A stretch of DNA of 64,000 nucleotides. It comes from Bdellovibrionales bacterium (GTDB taxonomy: Bacteria; Bdellovibrionota; Bdellovibrionia; Bdellovibrionales; UBA1609). Location of the stretch: contig CBDATD010000002.1 of the NCBI GenBank assembly GCA_965199935.1, positions 128,050 to 192,049 on the forward strand, given 5' to 3'. Positions within the stretch are counted from its first letter, which is position 1. Each line of letters begins with the position of its first letter. Below, piece after piece: positions 48,348 to 55,984 of the stretch. Both the position numbers and the translations under genes were made by a program. Below the pieces are notes generated by a model. That model ran no database searches. It was given only the letters and a program-made list of their open reading frames with translations, and was not told the DNA's origin.

Positions 48348-48392
48348 GCCAGAGTACCTGTTTTGTAAAATAGGGTTTTGTACTTCAGAAGA

Positions 48393-48971
48393 TCATTTTT
48401 TCCAATAACTTACTGCTTCCAGAGAAATATCCTTAGTATCTGGATTGGTGATAATTTTACCCTCTTTATTCTCAGAGATAAAAAGAGGTTTATAGTAGTT
48501 TTCCCACGTAGCTTGGAATTTATCTTTTTCTATGTTTTTTGGCGGGTGTGCACAATCGTTGCCAGTAAGTCTGACTTCATTAGCCCATTCGTGTAAATCT
48601 TTTGTAATAATTTGTTGATCAAGTAGCCATTTAATTTGACCTCTTAATGTTTCTCCAGTAGCTTTCTTTTTAATACAACAAGATTGTAGTGTTCGACGAG
48701 CTATAACACCTGTTGCTCTATAAGCATTTACAGAAAAACAAAGATAAGCTTCTTTTAAATCTTCTTTAAGAAAATCTGGTGTTTTTTCATTGATTGGCTT
48801 TGGCAACGCTGTTGGATAAGTTTTTATAATCATCCCATCATAGCGGTAAACTAAAAGGAAGAAGTTGCAACTATTACATTCAGAAATATGATATCTACCG
48901 TAATGAGCTCTATTACTCAGGGAAGTGTATCGTCGGCAACTAGGACAATAAATAGAATTTTTATCTGCCAT
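48393..48971 (-). CDS. zinc-ribbon + DUF4145-like protein (tentative)
   Basis: The N-terminal ribbon is CPSC...C..C. The C-terminal pattern is YRATGVIARRTLQSCC...GETLRGQIKWLLDQQIITKDLHEWANEVRLTGNDCAHP, typical of DUF4145 (....R..gN.aaH). It lies directly upstream of 46851..48347 on the same strand. Confidence 0.5.
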   Translation of the reverse strand: MADKNSIYCPSCRRYTSLSNRAHYGRYHISECNSCNFFLLVYRYDGMIIKTYPTALPKPINEKTPDFLKEDLKEAYLCFSVNAYRATGVIARRTLQSCCIKKKATGETLRGQIKWLLDQQIITKDLHEWANEVRLTGNDCAHPPKNIEKDKFQATWENYYKPLFISENKEGKIITNPDTKDISLEAVSYWKK

Positions 48972-49110
48972 ATCTTTATTCTTTGAAGAAGCATCAAAGT
49001 ACCACCGTACATTATTTTAGGAACAATTCAAAGGAAAATTTTTACTTCCATGATTGTATATGGGATAAAAGGTAGAAACTATAAGAGTGGATTAGTTTTT
49101 ACTTCTGTTT

Positions 49111-49195
49111 TTCGCCGTTGTTGCGGTTGAAGTGGGAGAGAGAAATGGCATCGCGAGGGAGGGTTAGTTTTCATCATAGTCGATATCCTTTATTT
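49111..49195 (-). repeat. remnant R3 (tail-only) of the 61401..62783 3'-end repeat
   Basis: The minus strand reads ...KDIDYDEN* (stop at 49164-49166). It is followed by CCCTCCCTCGCGATGCCATTTCTCTCTCCCACTTCAACCGCAACAACGG. This is similar to the post-stop motif plus a second tail-let seen in the other copies. The similarity is weaker than for R4-R7. Confidence 0.45.
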
Positions 49196-49208
49196 GTAAC
49201 TTCCAACT

Positions 49209-49245
49209 CTGGACTATAGAGATAAATTTTAGTAAAATACAGAAA
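49209..49245 (+). promoter_or_regulatory. conserved promoter-like module (copy 1), upstream of the TIR gene
   Basis: CTGGACTATAGAGATAAATTTTAGTAAAATACAGAAA contains TGGACT, a 17-nt spacer, then TAAAAT. It is nearly identical to 58896-58932. Confidence 0.5.
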
Positions 49246-49333
49246 GCTCAGCACTGTTGAGAAGCTAGTGAATTGGGATGTTGCTACAATTTCTTAAATT
49301 TGAAGCAATAACGTAACAAACAAGGTTTAAAAT

Positions 49334-50230
49334 ATGAATAATGTAAAAATTCCAAAATTTTTTATGTCGCATCATCGTAAAGATAGGGAATTGTTATCTG
49401 TTTTGAAGAGAGTCTTCTTGAATCATGGTATTGAGTTATTTTTAGCACATGAAGATATACCAGGAGGAGAAGAGTATATTGAAAAAATCAAAGATGAGCT
49501 ACGCAACTGTGATATTTTTATAATTTATGCAAACGATAATTCTAAAAATAGCTCTTTTTGTAATCAAGAAATTGGATGGAGTCTTGTACTCAATAAACCA
49601 TTCATTATAATAGGAGATAAGGATTGGGATCTAATGCCCAAACAGCAGAGTTATAAGTTAAAACCAGGAAAGGAATTTGAATGCTTTTCATCAATAATGA
49701 GAGATAAAAGAACAATTAAAGCAATATCTCAGTTTGCACAATATAAAAAGAAATCAAGTGCTTTAAAGGTTTTAGCGAAAATGAATTATTCAGGTTTTCG
49801 AGTGCATAGCAAAGCACCTTCTAAATTATCAGATAAATGGATACATCTAATTCCTCATGCTTGGAATGATTATTGGTTTTACACAGAATTTGATGTTAAT
49901 TACACCATAAACCGCCAAAAGATAGAACTAAGCTATAAAATAGGCTATCGAGGCCAAATAGGAGGAAATCCTAGTAAAAGCAGTTATACATCTAAGGAAA
50001 TGAGTGAATATTTTTTATGGTTACCGGATAATTTTCTATCTCGACAAACTGATGGCACTGGAGATACGAATGTTGATACAGCTATTTCTATTTTGCTGAG
50101 AGATTGTGAGTATGATGGGAGTTTAAAAAAAGGTTTTGAAAATGAGGACGTCTTTAAAAGGTCACTTTTTCTGGGTGAACTAAATGGTAACAATAAGCTG
50201 GATGAATCACTCTTTGAAGGTATGGATTGA
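49334..50230 (+). CDS. TIR-domain protein with uncharacterised C-terminal domain
   Basis: The N-terminal ~120 aa fit the bacterial TIR pattern: FFMSHHRKDRELL...LFLAHEDIPGGEEYIEKIKDELRNCDIFIIYANDNSKNSSFCNQEIGW, including the conserved Glu in CNQEIG. The C-terminal ~170 aa are unknown. Confidence 0.7.
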   Translation: MNNVKIPKFFMSHHRKDRELLSVLKRVFLNHGIELFLAHEDIPGGEEYIEKIKDELRNCDIFIIYANDNSKNSSFCNQEIGWSLVLNKPFIIIGDKDWDLMPKQQSYKLKPGKEFECFSSIMRDKRTIKAISQFAQYKKKSSALKVLAKMNYSGFRVHSKAPSKLSDKWIHLIPHAWNDYWFYTEFDVNYTINRQKIELSYKIGYRGQIGGNPSKSSYTSKEMSEYFLWLPDNFLSRQTDGTGDTNVDTAISILLRDCEYDGSLKKGFENEDVFKRSLFLGELNGNNKLDESLFEGMD

Positions 50231-50307
50231 GTCTCCAAAGTAGTACGGAAGGGTTAAATGGGGTGGAATAAGGTTAAGAATATTGTTGATTCACCGATAA
50301 GTCTTTT

Positions 50308-50874
50308 ATGAATTTATTAAAATTGATATTTTTCTGGCCAATTTGTATTTTACAATTCATCATCCTATTTCCTATTCATTTAATTACTACTATATTCTTC
50401 AAAAAAGGAGTGTTGGCAGAGCTGGCAAGAAAAAGAGATTTATCAGGCATACACACATTAATTCGGCAAGGGTATGATGTGAATGCACAAAATGCCTTTG
50501 GACAAACTCCTTTACATGGTGTGTTTTTTGATAAGGCACATTTGAGTATCAATTCATATATGACGATGACAGTTTTAAAATATTTAATTAATATTGGGGC
50601 AGACGTTAATATTGTTGATAAAAGAAATTGGTCTCCTTTAATGTATGCTATTAATGCAGATTATACAGATGAATCAATATATTTAATTAACTCTGAAAAA
50701 ATATTACTGAATAAAAGGTTCTATGAAGATCATACAGCTCTTCATTGTGCTGTGATAAAAAATAATTCAAAAATAGTGACACACCTTTTAGAAAAAGGAG
50801 CTGATCCTCATATAAGAGATTCATTAGGTTTAAAACCTATTGATTATTGTAGAAGTAAGAAATCTATTTTTTAG
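50308..50874 (+). CDS. ankyrin-repeat protein with N-terminal TM segment
   Basis: The N-terminal hydrophobic segment is LIFFWPICILQFIILFPIHLITTIFF. There are three or four ANK units (GQTPLHGV..., NWSPLMYAIN, DHTALHCAVIKNNSKIVTHLLEKGADP). Confidence 0.75.
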   Translation: MNLLKLIFFWPICILQFIILFPIHLITTIFFKKGVLAELARKRDLSGIHTLIRQGYDVNAQNAFGQTPLHGVFFDKAHLSINSYMTMTVLKYLINIGADVNIVDKRNWSPLMYAINADYTDESIYLINSEKILLNKRFYEDHTALHCAVIKNNSKIVTHLLEKGADPHIRDSLGLKPIDYCRSKKSIF

Positions 50875-51049
50875 ATAAATGTTCTTCCTTCTAATTGAAA
50901 AAATACTAAAGATTTTCATTATTCGACCGATACAAACTATCAGTGGGAAGAAGGTTAAACATTTTTTTGAAAAAATCAAAAGGAAAGAGAATAAGGAAAT
51001 CTCACTTTTACACTATAACAAATGTTTTAAATAATGCTGAGGTTCAGCA

Positions 51050-51739
51050 ATGATAAATCTTTTAGTTCTTTTTTTAGTCATTGGATTAATTATCATACTC
51101 TGTATTTTTTCTACGGAGAAGAAAATGGCATCCTTTAGATATATTTCTAAAAAAATTAATCTCTTCAAAAAATTTCCATTCAATCTGAAAGTTTTTTTAT
51201 CAAGCTTAAATCTTCAAAAAAAATTAGTATACAAAATTAAATCAAAATATACCTCAACGTCTTCGAGAGACGTTTTTGAATCAATAAAAGAAATAAAGGA
51301 ATATTTATCTATTTTAACGAAAAATGTATCCAAAAAAGATGAAGAAATTGATAGATTAAAAAAGGGGTATGATCTCAAGATTTTCAAAGATTTTTTGAAT
51401 AGATTTTTAAGAGTCTATAGAATAGTGGAGGAGGATGTAGAGTTTTATACAGAAAAGAGTAATAGAGAGATATCTAAAATATTAAATAACATAAAATTTG
51501 GTTTAAAAGAAGCTTTTTTAGATTGTGGATTGGAAGAGTTTCAACCACAGGAAGGGGAAATATATAAAGAGTGTTTTGGACTTTCAGAGAATGTTGAACA
51601 CGTGAATACAGATGATAAAACTAAGGATATGAAAATCGTTAAAGTAAAGAAGAAAGGATTTAAAATGAAAACGTATTGTGGGTACGAGGTTATACGTCCA
51701 GCAATTGTCTCTATTTATAAATATACAGAAAGGAAATAA
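51050..51739 (+). CDS. membrane-anchored GrpE-like nucleotide-exchange-factor homolog (tentative)
   Basis: It has an N-terminal TM (LLVLFLVIGLIIILCIF) and a coiled-coil middle (KKDEEIDRLKKGYDLKIFKDFLNRFLRV). The C-terminal pattern GLEEFQPQEGEIY...IVKVKKKGFKM...EVIRPAIVSIYK parallels the GrpE beta-domain (G.e.i.p.G..FdP...v..v...Gy.....viRpA.V.V). The stop is 3 nt before the Hsp70 start. Confidence 0.55.
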   Translation: MINLLVLFLVIGLIIILCIFSTEKKMASFRYISKKINLFKKFPFNLKVFLSSLNLQKKLVYKIKSKYTSTSSRDVFESIKEIKEYLSILTKNVSKKDEEIDRLKKGYDLKIFKDFLNRFLRVYRIVEEDVEFYTEKSNREISKILNNIKFGLKEAFLDCGLEEFQPQEGEIYKECFGLSENVEHVNTDDKTKDMKIVKVKKKGFKMKTYCGYEVIRPAIVSIYKYTERK

Positions 51740-51742
51740 AAA

Positions 51743-53260
51743 ATGAAAAAATTAGTTGGAATTGATTTAGGAACTACAAATTCTGTTGTTTCATATTTAG
51801 ATGAAATGGGTTCACCTACAATTATTCATAATGACGATGGAGGGAATATCACTCCTTCTGTTGTGCATTTCAGTTCTGCCAATCATTCTATTGTAGGCAG
51901 GGAAGCTAAAAAAGAATTTCCTAAAGAATTCCCTACTACGAATACGCAGACTTTTGCCTTCTTTAAAAGGCATATGGGATCTGATAAAAAAATAACTATT
52001 TTTGAAAAAGAAATTACTGCAACTGTTCTAAGTGGGTTGGTTTTAAAAAAACTTCATGAAGATGCTAAGAATAAATTAGATTCTTCGTTGGAAGCAATTG
52101 TGACAGTACCGGCAAGTTTTTCAAACAAAGCAAGAGAAAAAACATTAGAATCTGGTAAATTGGCAGGGATAGATATTTCAAATATTATTAATGAACCAAC
52201 AGCTGCGGCTTTATATTATGCATATAAATCTGGAAAAGATTTATCTGGTAACTATGCAGTCTATGATCTAGGAGGAGGTACTTTCGATATATCGATTATA
52301 AGGGCATCTGGAAAAGATATCGAAGTACTCTCATCTGAAGGGGTTTTTAATCTAGGTGGTAAAGATTTCGATGACAAACTAATATCTCTTGTACGAGAAA
52401 AATTTAAGAAACAAACTGGAAGAGAGTTAGAGGCAGATGATTATAATTACATAGATGCAGAGGAAGATAAAAAATCATTATCTAAAAGAGATGAAATTAA
52501 TATCTCTTTAGGAAGAGGTTCTGAAAGAGTTACGATAAACATACAAAGGACAGAATTTGAAACTGCCATTTCACCTTTGGTTGCTCAAACTGAAATGCTA
52601 TGCGAAAGTGCTATGGATAAAGTTAAATTGAACACTTCTGATATTAAAGATATTTTTTTGGTAGGAGGTTCAACTCGTATCCCTCTTATTAAATCTAGTG
52701 TTGAAAGAAATTTTAATAAAAATCCATTAACAACACATAATCCAGATGAAGTTGTATCTCTAGGTGCGAGTATTTATTGCGGGTATAAGACGCATAAGTC
52801 CAATCTTAATGTTGTACAAAAAACGTGTATGGAAAAAGTTAATATTCAAGAAATAACTAATCATTTTTTTGGAACAATTGTGATAGACGAGGATATGGGC
52901 CAACTGACCTTAAAAAATGATATTCTGATAGAAAAGGGATCAAAAATACCTTGTTCCATACACAAGATATATCAGACCATCAGAGATAATCAGTCTAAAA
53001 TTGAATGTACAATCACCCAAAGTAGCCACAATGAAACTGATCCTGAATTTGTAAATGTTATATGGCAAGGGGACTTAAGTATACCTACTGGACGACCTGC
53101 AGGTCAACAAATCAGGGTTACATTTTCTTATGATGAAAATCAAATTATGCAATGTTCTTTTTTAGATATATCTTCTAATAGGCAAACGTCTATTGATTTA
53201 AACATGGATAAAGAAAATTCTTCTGTAAAAACAGAAGTTGAAAAATTTTTAGTAGATTAG
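51743..53260 (+). CDS. non-canonical Hsp70-family ATPase (lidless)
   Basis: Actin-fold/Hsp70 motifs are VGIDLGTTNSVVS, TVPASFSNKAREKT, IINEPTAAALYYA, VYDLGGGTFDISI and FLVGGSTRIPLIK. A ~150-aa beta-sandwich-like substrate domain follows (QIRVTFSYDENQIMQCSF), but there is no alpha-helical lid or EEVD tail. 505 aa. Confidence 0.9.
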   Translation: MKKLVGIDLGTTNSVVSYLDEMGSPTIIHNDDGGNITPSVVHFSSANHSIVGREAKKEFPKEFPTTNTQTFAFFKRHMGSDKKITIFEKEITATVLSGLVLKKLHEDAKNKLDSSLEAIVTVPASFSNKAREKTLESGKLAGIDISNIINEPTAAALYYAYKSGKDLSGNYAVYDLGGGTFDISIIRASGKDIEVLSSEGVFNLGGKDFDDKLISLVREKFKKQTGRELEADDYNYIDAEEDKKSLSKRDEINISLGRGSERVTINIQRTEFETAISPLVAQTEMLCESAMDKVKLNTSDIKDIFLVGGSTRIPLIKSSVERNFNKNPLTTHNPDEVVSLGASIYCGYKTHKSNLNVVQKTCMEKVNIQEITNHFFGTIVIDEDMGQLTLKNDILIEKGSKIPCSIHKIYQTIRDNQSKIECTITQSSHNETDPEFVNVIWQGDLSIPTGRPAGQQIRVTFSYDENQIMQCSFLDISSNRQTSIDLNMDKENSSVKTEVEKFLVD

Positions 53261-53276
53261 GAACAGGACCGTATAT

Positions 53277-54404
53277 ATGGAAATAATTTTTATTATCATT
53301 ATAATGTTAGTCTCCACTTTTATTTGGAATGTTTTTATCAATTTCTGTCATACAAGAAGTAATGCTTTTGAAATAGATTTACATATAGAATCTAAAGATG
53401 ATACGCAACTCATAATTATAAACGGAAGAGGCATTATACCATCAAATAAATGTCATGACAATAATCTCATTTTTATATCTACTGTATGGGATATTACAAA
53501 TGGAAAAGAATCTCCTGTTCTATGTTTAGTACCTGAGTTTCAAAAACATGGAATTTTTTATTTTCAAAAAACTGTTCCTATACCTTATGATGCAACTCTT
53601 ATTAAAGAGTGGGTTCCTGTAGGGATTGTTATTCCTGAAATATGCGTTTTCCCATTCTCTAAAAAAAGAAAATTACGAACACGTTTATCACTACTCAATA
53701 CAGAGGGCCAAGTGATAAAAGAATATTCCTCTGAAATAGAGTTTTATAACTCTAAAAAAGGGTATGAAGAGGTTAAAAAAGATAAAATTAAACTATTTAA
53801 AATGGAGCTTCACATATTAATGAATATTGCAATGGCTGATGGAAAAATTGACAATAAAGAAATAGAGTTTTTCACTCAAAAAATTACAACATTTCTAGAA
53901 AACTATGAAGGACAAGAAAAAGAGAATTTAAAAGAGCAATTGAATCTATTATTGAAAAAATCTTACGAACAAATTTATTTTAAAAGAGATAATTTACAGC
54001 ATTTCACTAACTTATTTAAAGAAATTTCTACGGATGCACATAGATATAATTTAATAAAAAGTTGTACTGAAATGATGAGCATAGACAAAAATATTGATGA
54101 AAAGGAATTGAAAATTATTGATAATATATCTAATCAATTAGGGTTGCGATATAACAAAGTAAATGAGTTAAAAGATATTCATATTTTAAAAGGTAGTAAT
54201 GTAGATCCTTCAAATCCTGAGGTGATTCTTGGTATTAAATCTGAATGGAATTACGATAAAATTCGAATGCATCTTAACAAACAGTTTACAAAATGGAATG
54301 CAAGAATGCAGGGGTGTTCTGATGAAAAAGAAAGGCAACAAGTTCAAAATATGTTAAATTTAATTGCAAAAACGAGATTAAAATATGAAAAAAAAGCTGG
54401 ATAA
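53277..54404 (+). CDS. membrane protein with TerB-like domain and C-terminal J-like domain lacking HPD (DjlA-like architecture, tentative)
   Basis: It has an N-terminal TM (IIFIIIIMLVSTFIWNVFINF) and a ~150-aa unknown domain. The TerB-like segment is ELHILMNIAMADGKIDNKEIEFF...YNLIKSCTEMMSIDKNIDEKELKIIDNISNQLG. The C-terminus EVILGIKSEWNYDKIRMHLNKQFTKWNARMQGCSDEKERQQVQNMLNLIAKTR aligns by eye to a J domain, with WNA in place of HPD. Confidence 0.5.
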   Translation: MEIIFIIIIMLVSTFIWNVFINFCHTRSNAFEIDLHIESKDDTQLIIINGRGIIPSNKCHDNNLIFISTVWDITNGKESPVLCLVPEFQKHGIFYFQKTVPIPYDATLIKEWVPVGIVIPEICVFPFSKKRKLRTRLSLLNTEGQVIKEYSSEIEFYNSKKGYEEVKKDKIKLFKMELHILMNIAMADGKIDNKEIEFFTQKITTFLENYEGQEKENLKEQLNLLLKKSYEQIYFKRDNLQHFTNLFKEISTDAHRYNLIKSCTEMMSIDKNIDEKELKIIDNISNQLGLRYNKVNELKDIHILKGSNVDPSNPEVILGIKSEWNYDKIRMHLNKQFTKWNARMQGCSDEKERQQVQNMLNLIAKTRLKYEKKAG

Positions 54405-55521
54405 AAATCAATTAAGTATTGTTCGGTATTCTGAAGATAGATCTTCCAAAGCAAGTTTACCTACTCATTCCGATATACTTACACAATTGAAAAATTCATT
54501 TCTTATGAATCACTTGCCTGTAAATAAAAAACTCACGCCAAAAATATATCAATCTGTGGAGGATTGTCTATTTACTCTGGGGATAGATAGTATGATTCAT
54601 AATGTATCTATTTTTATTTATCAAGATCATGAAGTTAATGCCAAGTGTTTGACAGGATTTAAAAATAATATTATTATTTTACTTTCGTCTTCTCTAGTGA
54701 AGTTTTTTAAACTTGACGAATTAAAGTTTGTCATAGGGCATGAACTGGGTCATTATTTATTTCATCAAAATTCGGTTAAGCAATCCTCCAACCGTAATCT
54801 GGAGAGTTTCATATTGCGTAGAGCGAAAGAAATAACTGCGGACAGGGTAGGATTACTGTGTTGTCAGTCTCTGGATACTTCAATAAAAGCTATGCTAAAG
54901 ATGTTATCTGGGCTTGATGAAAATCATCTGGTATTTAACATAGCCTCTATATTAGAGGAACTAAAAAATGTAGATCCTTCAAATATTCCAATAGAAGAAA
55001 TGTGTGCTTCTCATCCTCCTCTAGCCATTAGATCTAGAGCTCTACTATGGTTCTCTATGGGAAAAGTTTATTTAGACCTTATAGGAAAAGTTTCTACTGG
55101 ATGCTTATGTGAGAAAACTATAGATAGTAGAGTTAAAAACGATCTCACTAAATATTTAGATTCACAATGTTTAAATCAAATTCAAAAAACTAAAAATGAT
55201 TTTAAATTTTGGATATTATCTTTAATTTTTTTAAAAGATCGTACCTTCAGTAAAGAAGAGCAATCGATTATATCAAAAATTTTTGGTCAAGAAAAAATGG
55301 AAAAATTAAAAAACTTTATCTGTTCATCATCAAAAGAACAAGTTATGAAAAGTATTACTCATAATTGTGTTCAATCGTTTTTTTCTTACTTTACAGAAGC
55401 TCCAAAAGAATCAATTTCATACTTAAGAAACCTAGATAATACCATAAAAGAAGAGTTTGGTATTTCAAATAGTTTACCATTTGTGTTGGACAAATGTCCT
55501 GATTTAAACAAATATCTATGA
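54385..55521 (+). CDS. M48-like zinc metallopeptidase
   Basis: It overlaps the upstream gene by 20 nt. The HExxH motif is in FVIGHELGHYLFH, and the downstream third-ligand region is RAKEITADRVGLLCC (M48 pattern E..AD). The C-terminal ~120 aa may be a second TerB-like module (FWILSLIFLKDRTFSKEEQSIISKIFG). Confidence 0.65.
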   Translation: MKKKLDKNQLSIVRYSEDRSSKASLPTHSDILTQLKNSFLMNHLPVNKKLTPKIYQSVEDCLFTLGIDSMIHNVSIFIYQDHEVNAKCLTGFKNNIIILLSSSLVKFFKLDELKFVIGHELGHYLFHQNSVKQSSNRNLESFILRRAKEITADRVGLLCCQSLDTSIKAMLKMLSGLDENHLVFNIASILEELKNVDPSNIPIEEMCASHPPLAIRSRALLWFSMGKVYLDLIGKVSTGCLCEKTIDSRVKNDLTKYLDSQCLNQIQKTKNDFKFWILSLIFLKDRTFSKEEQSIISKIFGQEKMEKLKNFICSSSKEQVMKSITHNCVQSFFSYFTEAPKESISYLRNLDNTIKEEFGISNSLPFVLDKCPDLNKYL

Positions 55522-55600
55522 TAGAATATTTAGTAGGGGAAACTTAGAAATGAAAAAACATAAACATAAGTCAGGTGTACTACAGATGGGTTAGTATCTG

Positions 55601-55885
55601 TCGCAGTTGATGTAGGAGTGTGAGTGGGGTTCGCCTCCTAATTAACTACCGCCGCCGTCATAGTCTATGTGAGGATAAGGCAAATATAGTCTGAATCTAT
55701 CTCCTAATTGGGATTGAATGATGTCAGAGATAGATAAGAAGTCGTCTAAATCAGTGAAGTCATTACAGTTTGTGCGACTTGATAATCTTTCATCAGCTTC
55801 ATAGTAAGGGCAGTCGCCTCCTTCTTCTCCCTCAAGGTCTGAATCACCGCTTCGTCCGTCTGAATCCTGAAAGTTTAAAAATTCA
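55601..55885 (-). pseudogene. remnant R4 of the 3' end of the 61401..62783 gene family
   Basis: The minus-strand translation is EFLNFQDSDGRSGDSDLEGEEGGDCPYYEADERLSSRTNCNDFTDLDDFLSISDIIQSQLGDRFRLYLPYPHIDYDGGGS* (stop at 55642-55644). It is followed by GCGAACCCCACTCACACTCC and a second tail-let, TACATCAACTGCGAC. There is a stop codon upstream and no start codon. Confidence 0.8.
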
Positions 55886-55984
55886 AACTTTTAGAATGAA
55901 TAGAGATTCTCTAAGAAGAGTAATTAGATGTACATATTATTGGTATATTGAATAGTTGTAAAAGAACTAATAAATGCTTGCATT

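Noticed and set aside
51743-53260. Calling the Hsp70 gene the housekeeping dnaK
   Set aside because: It has no helical lid or EEVD tail and is only 505 aa. Its partners are membrane-anchored and atypical (a J-like domain without HPD). It is located in an AT-rich island between remnant repeats rather than in a grpE-dnaK-dnaJ or hrcA context.
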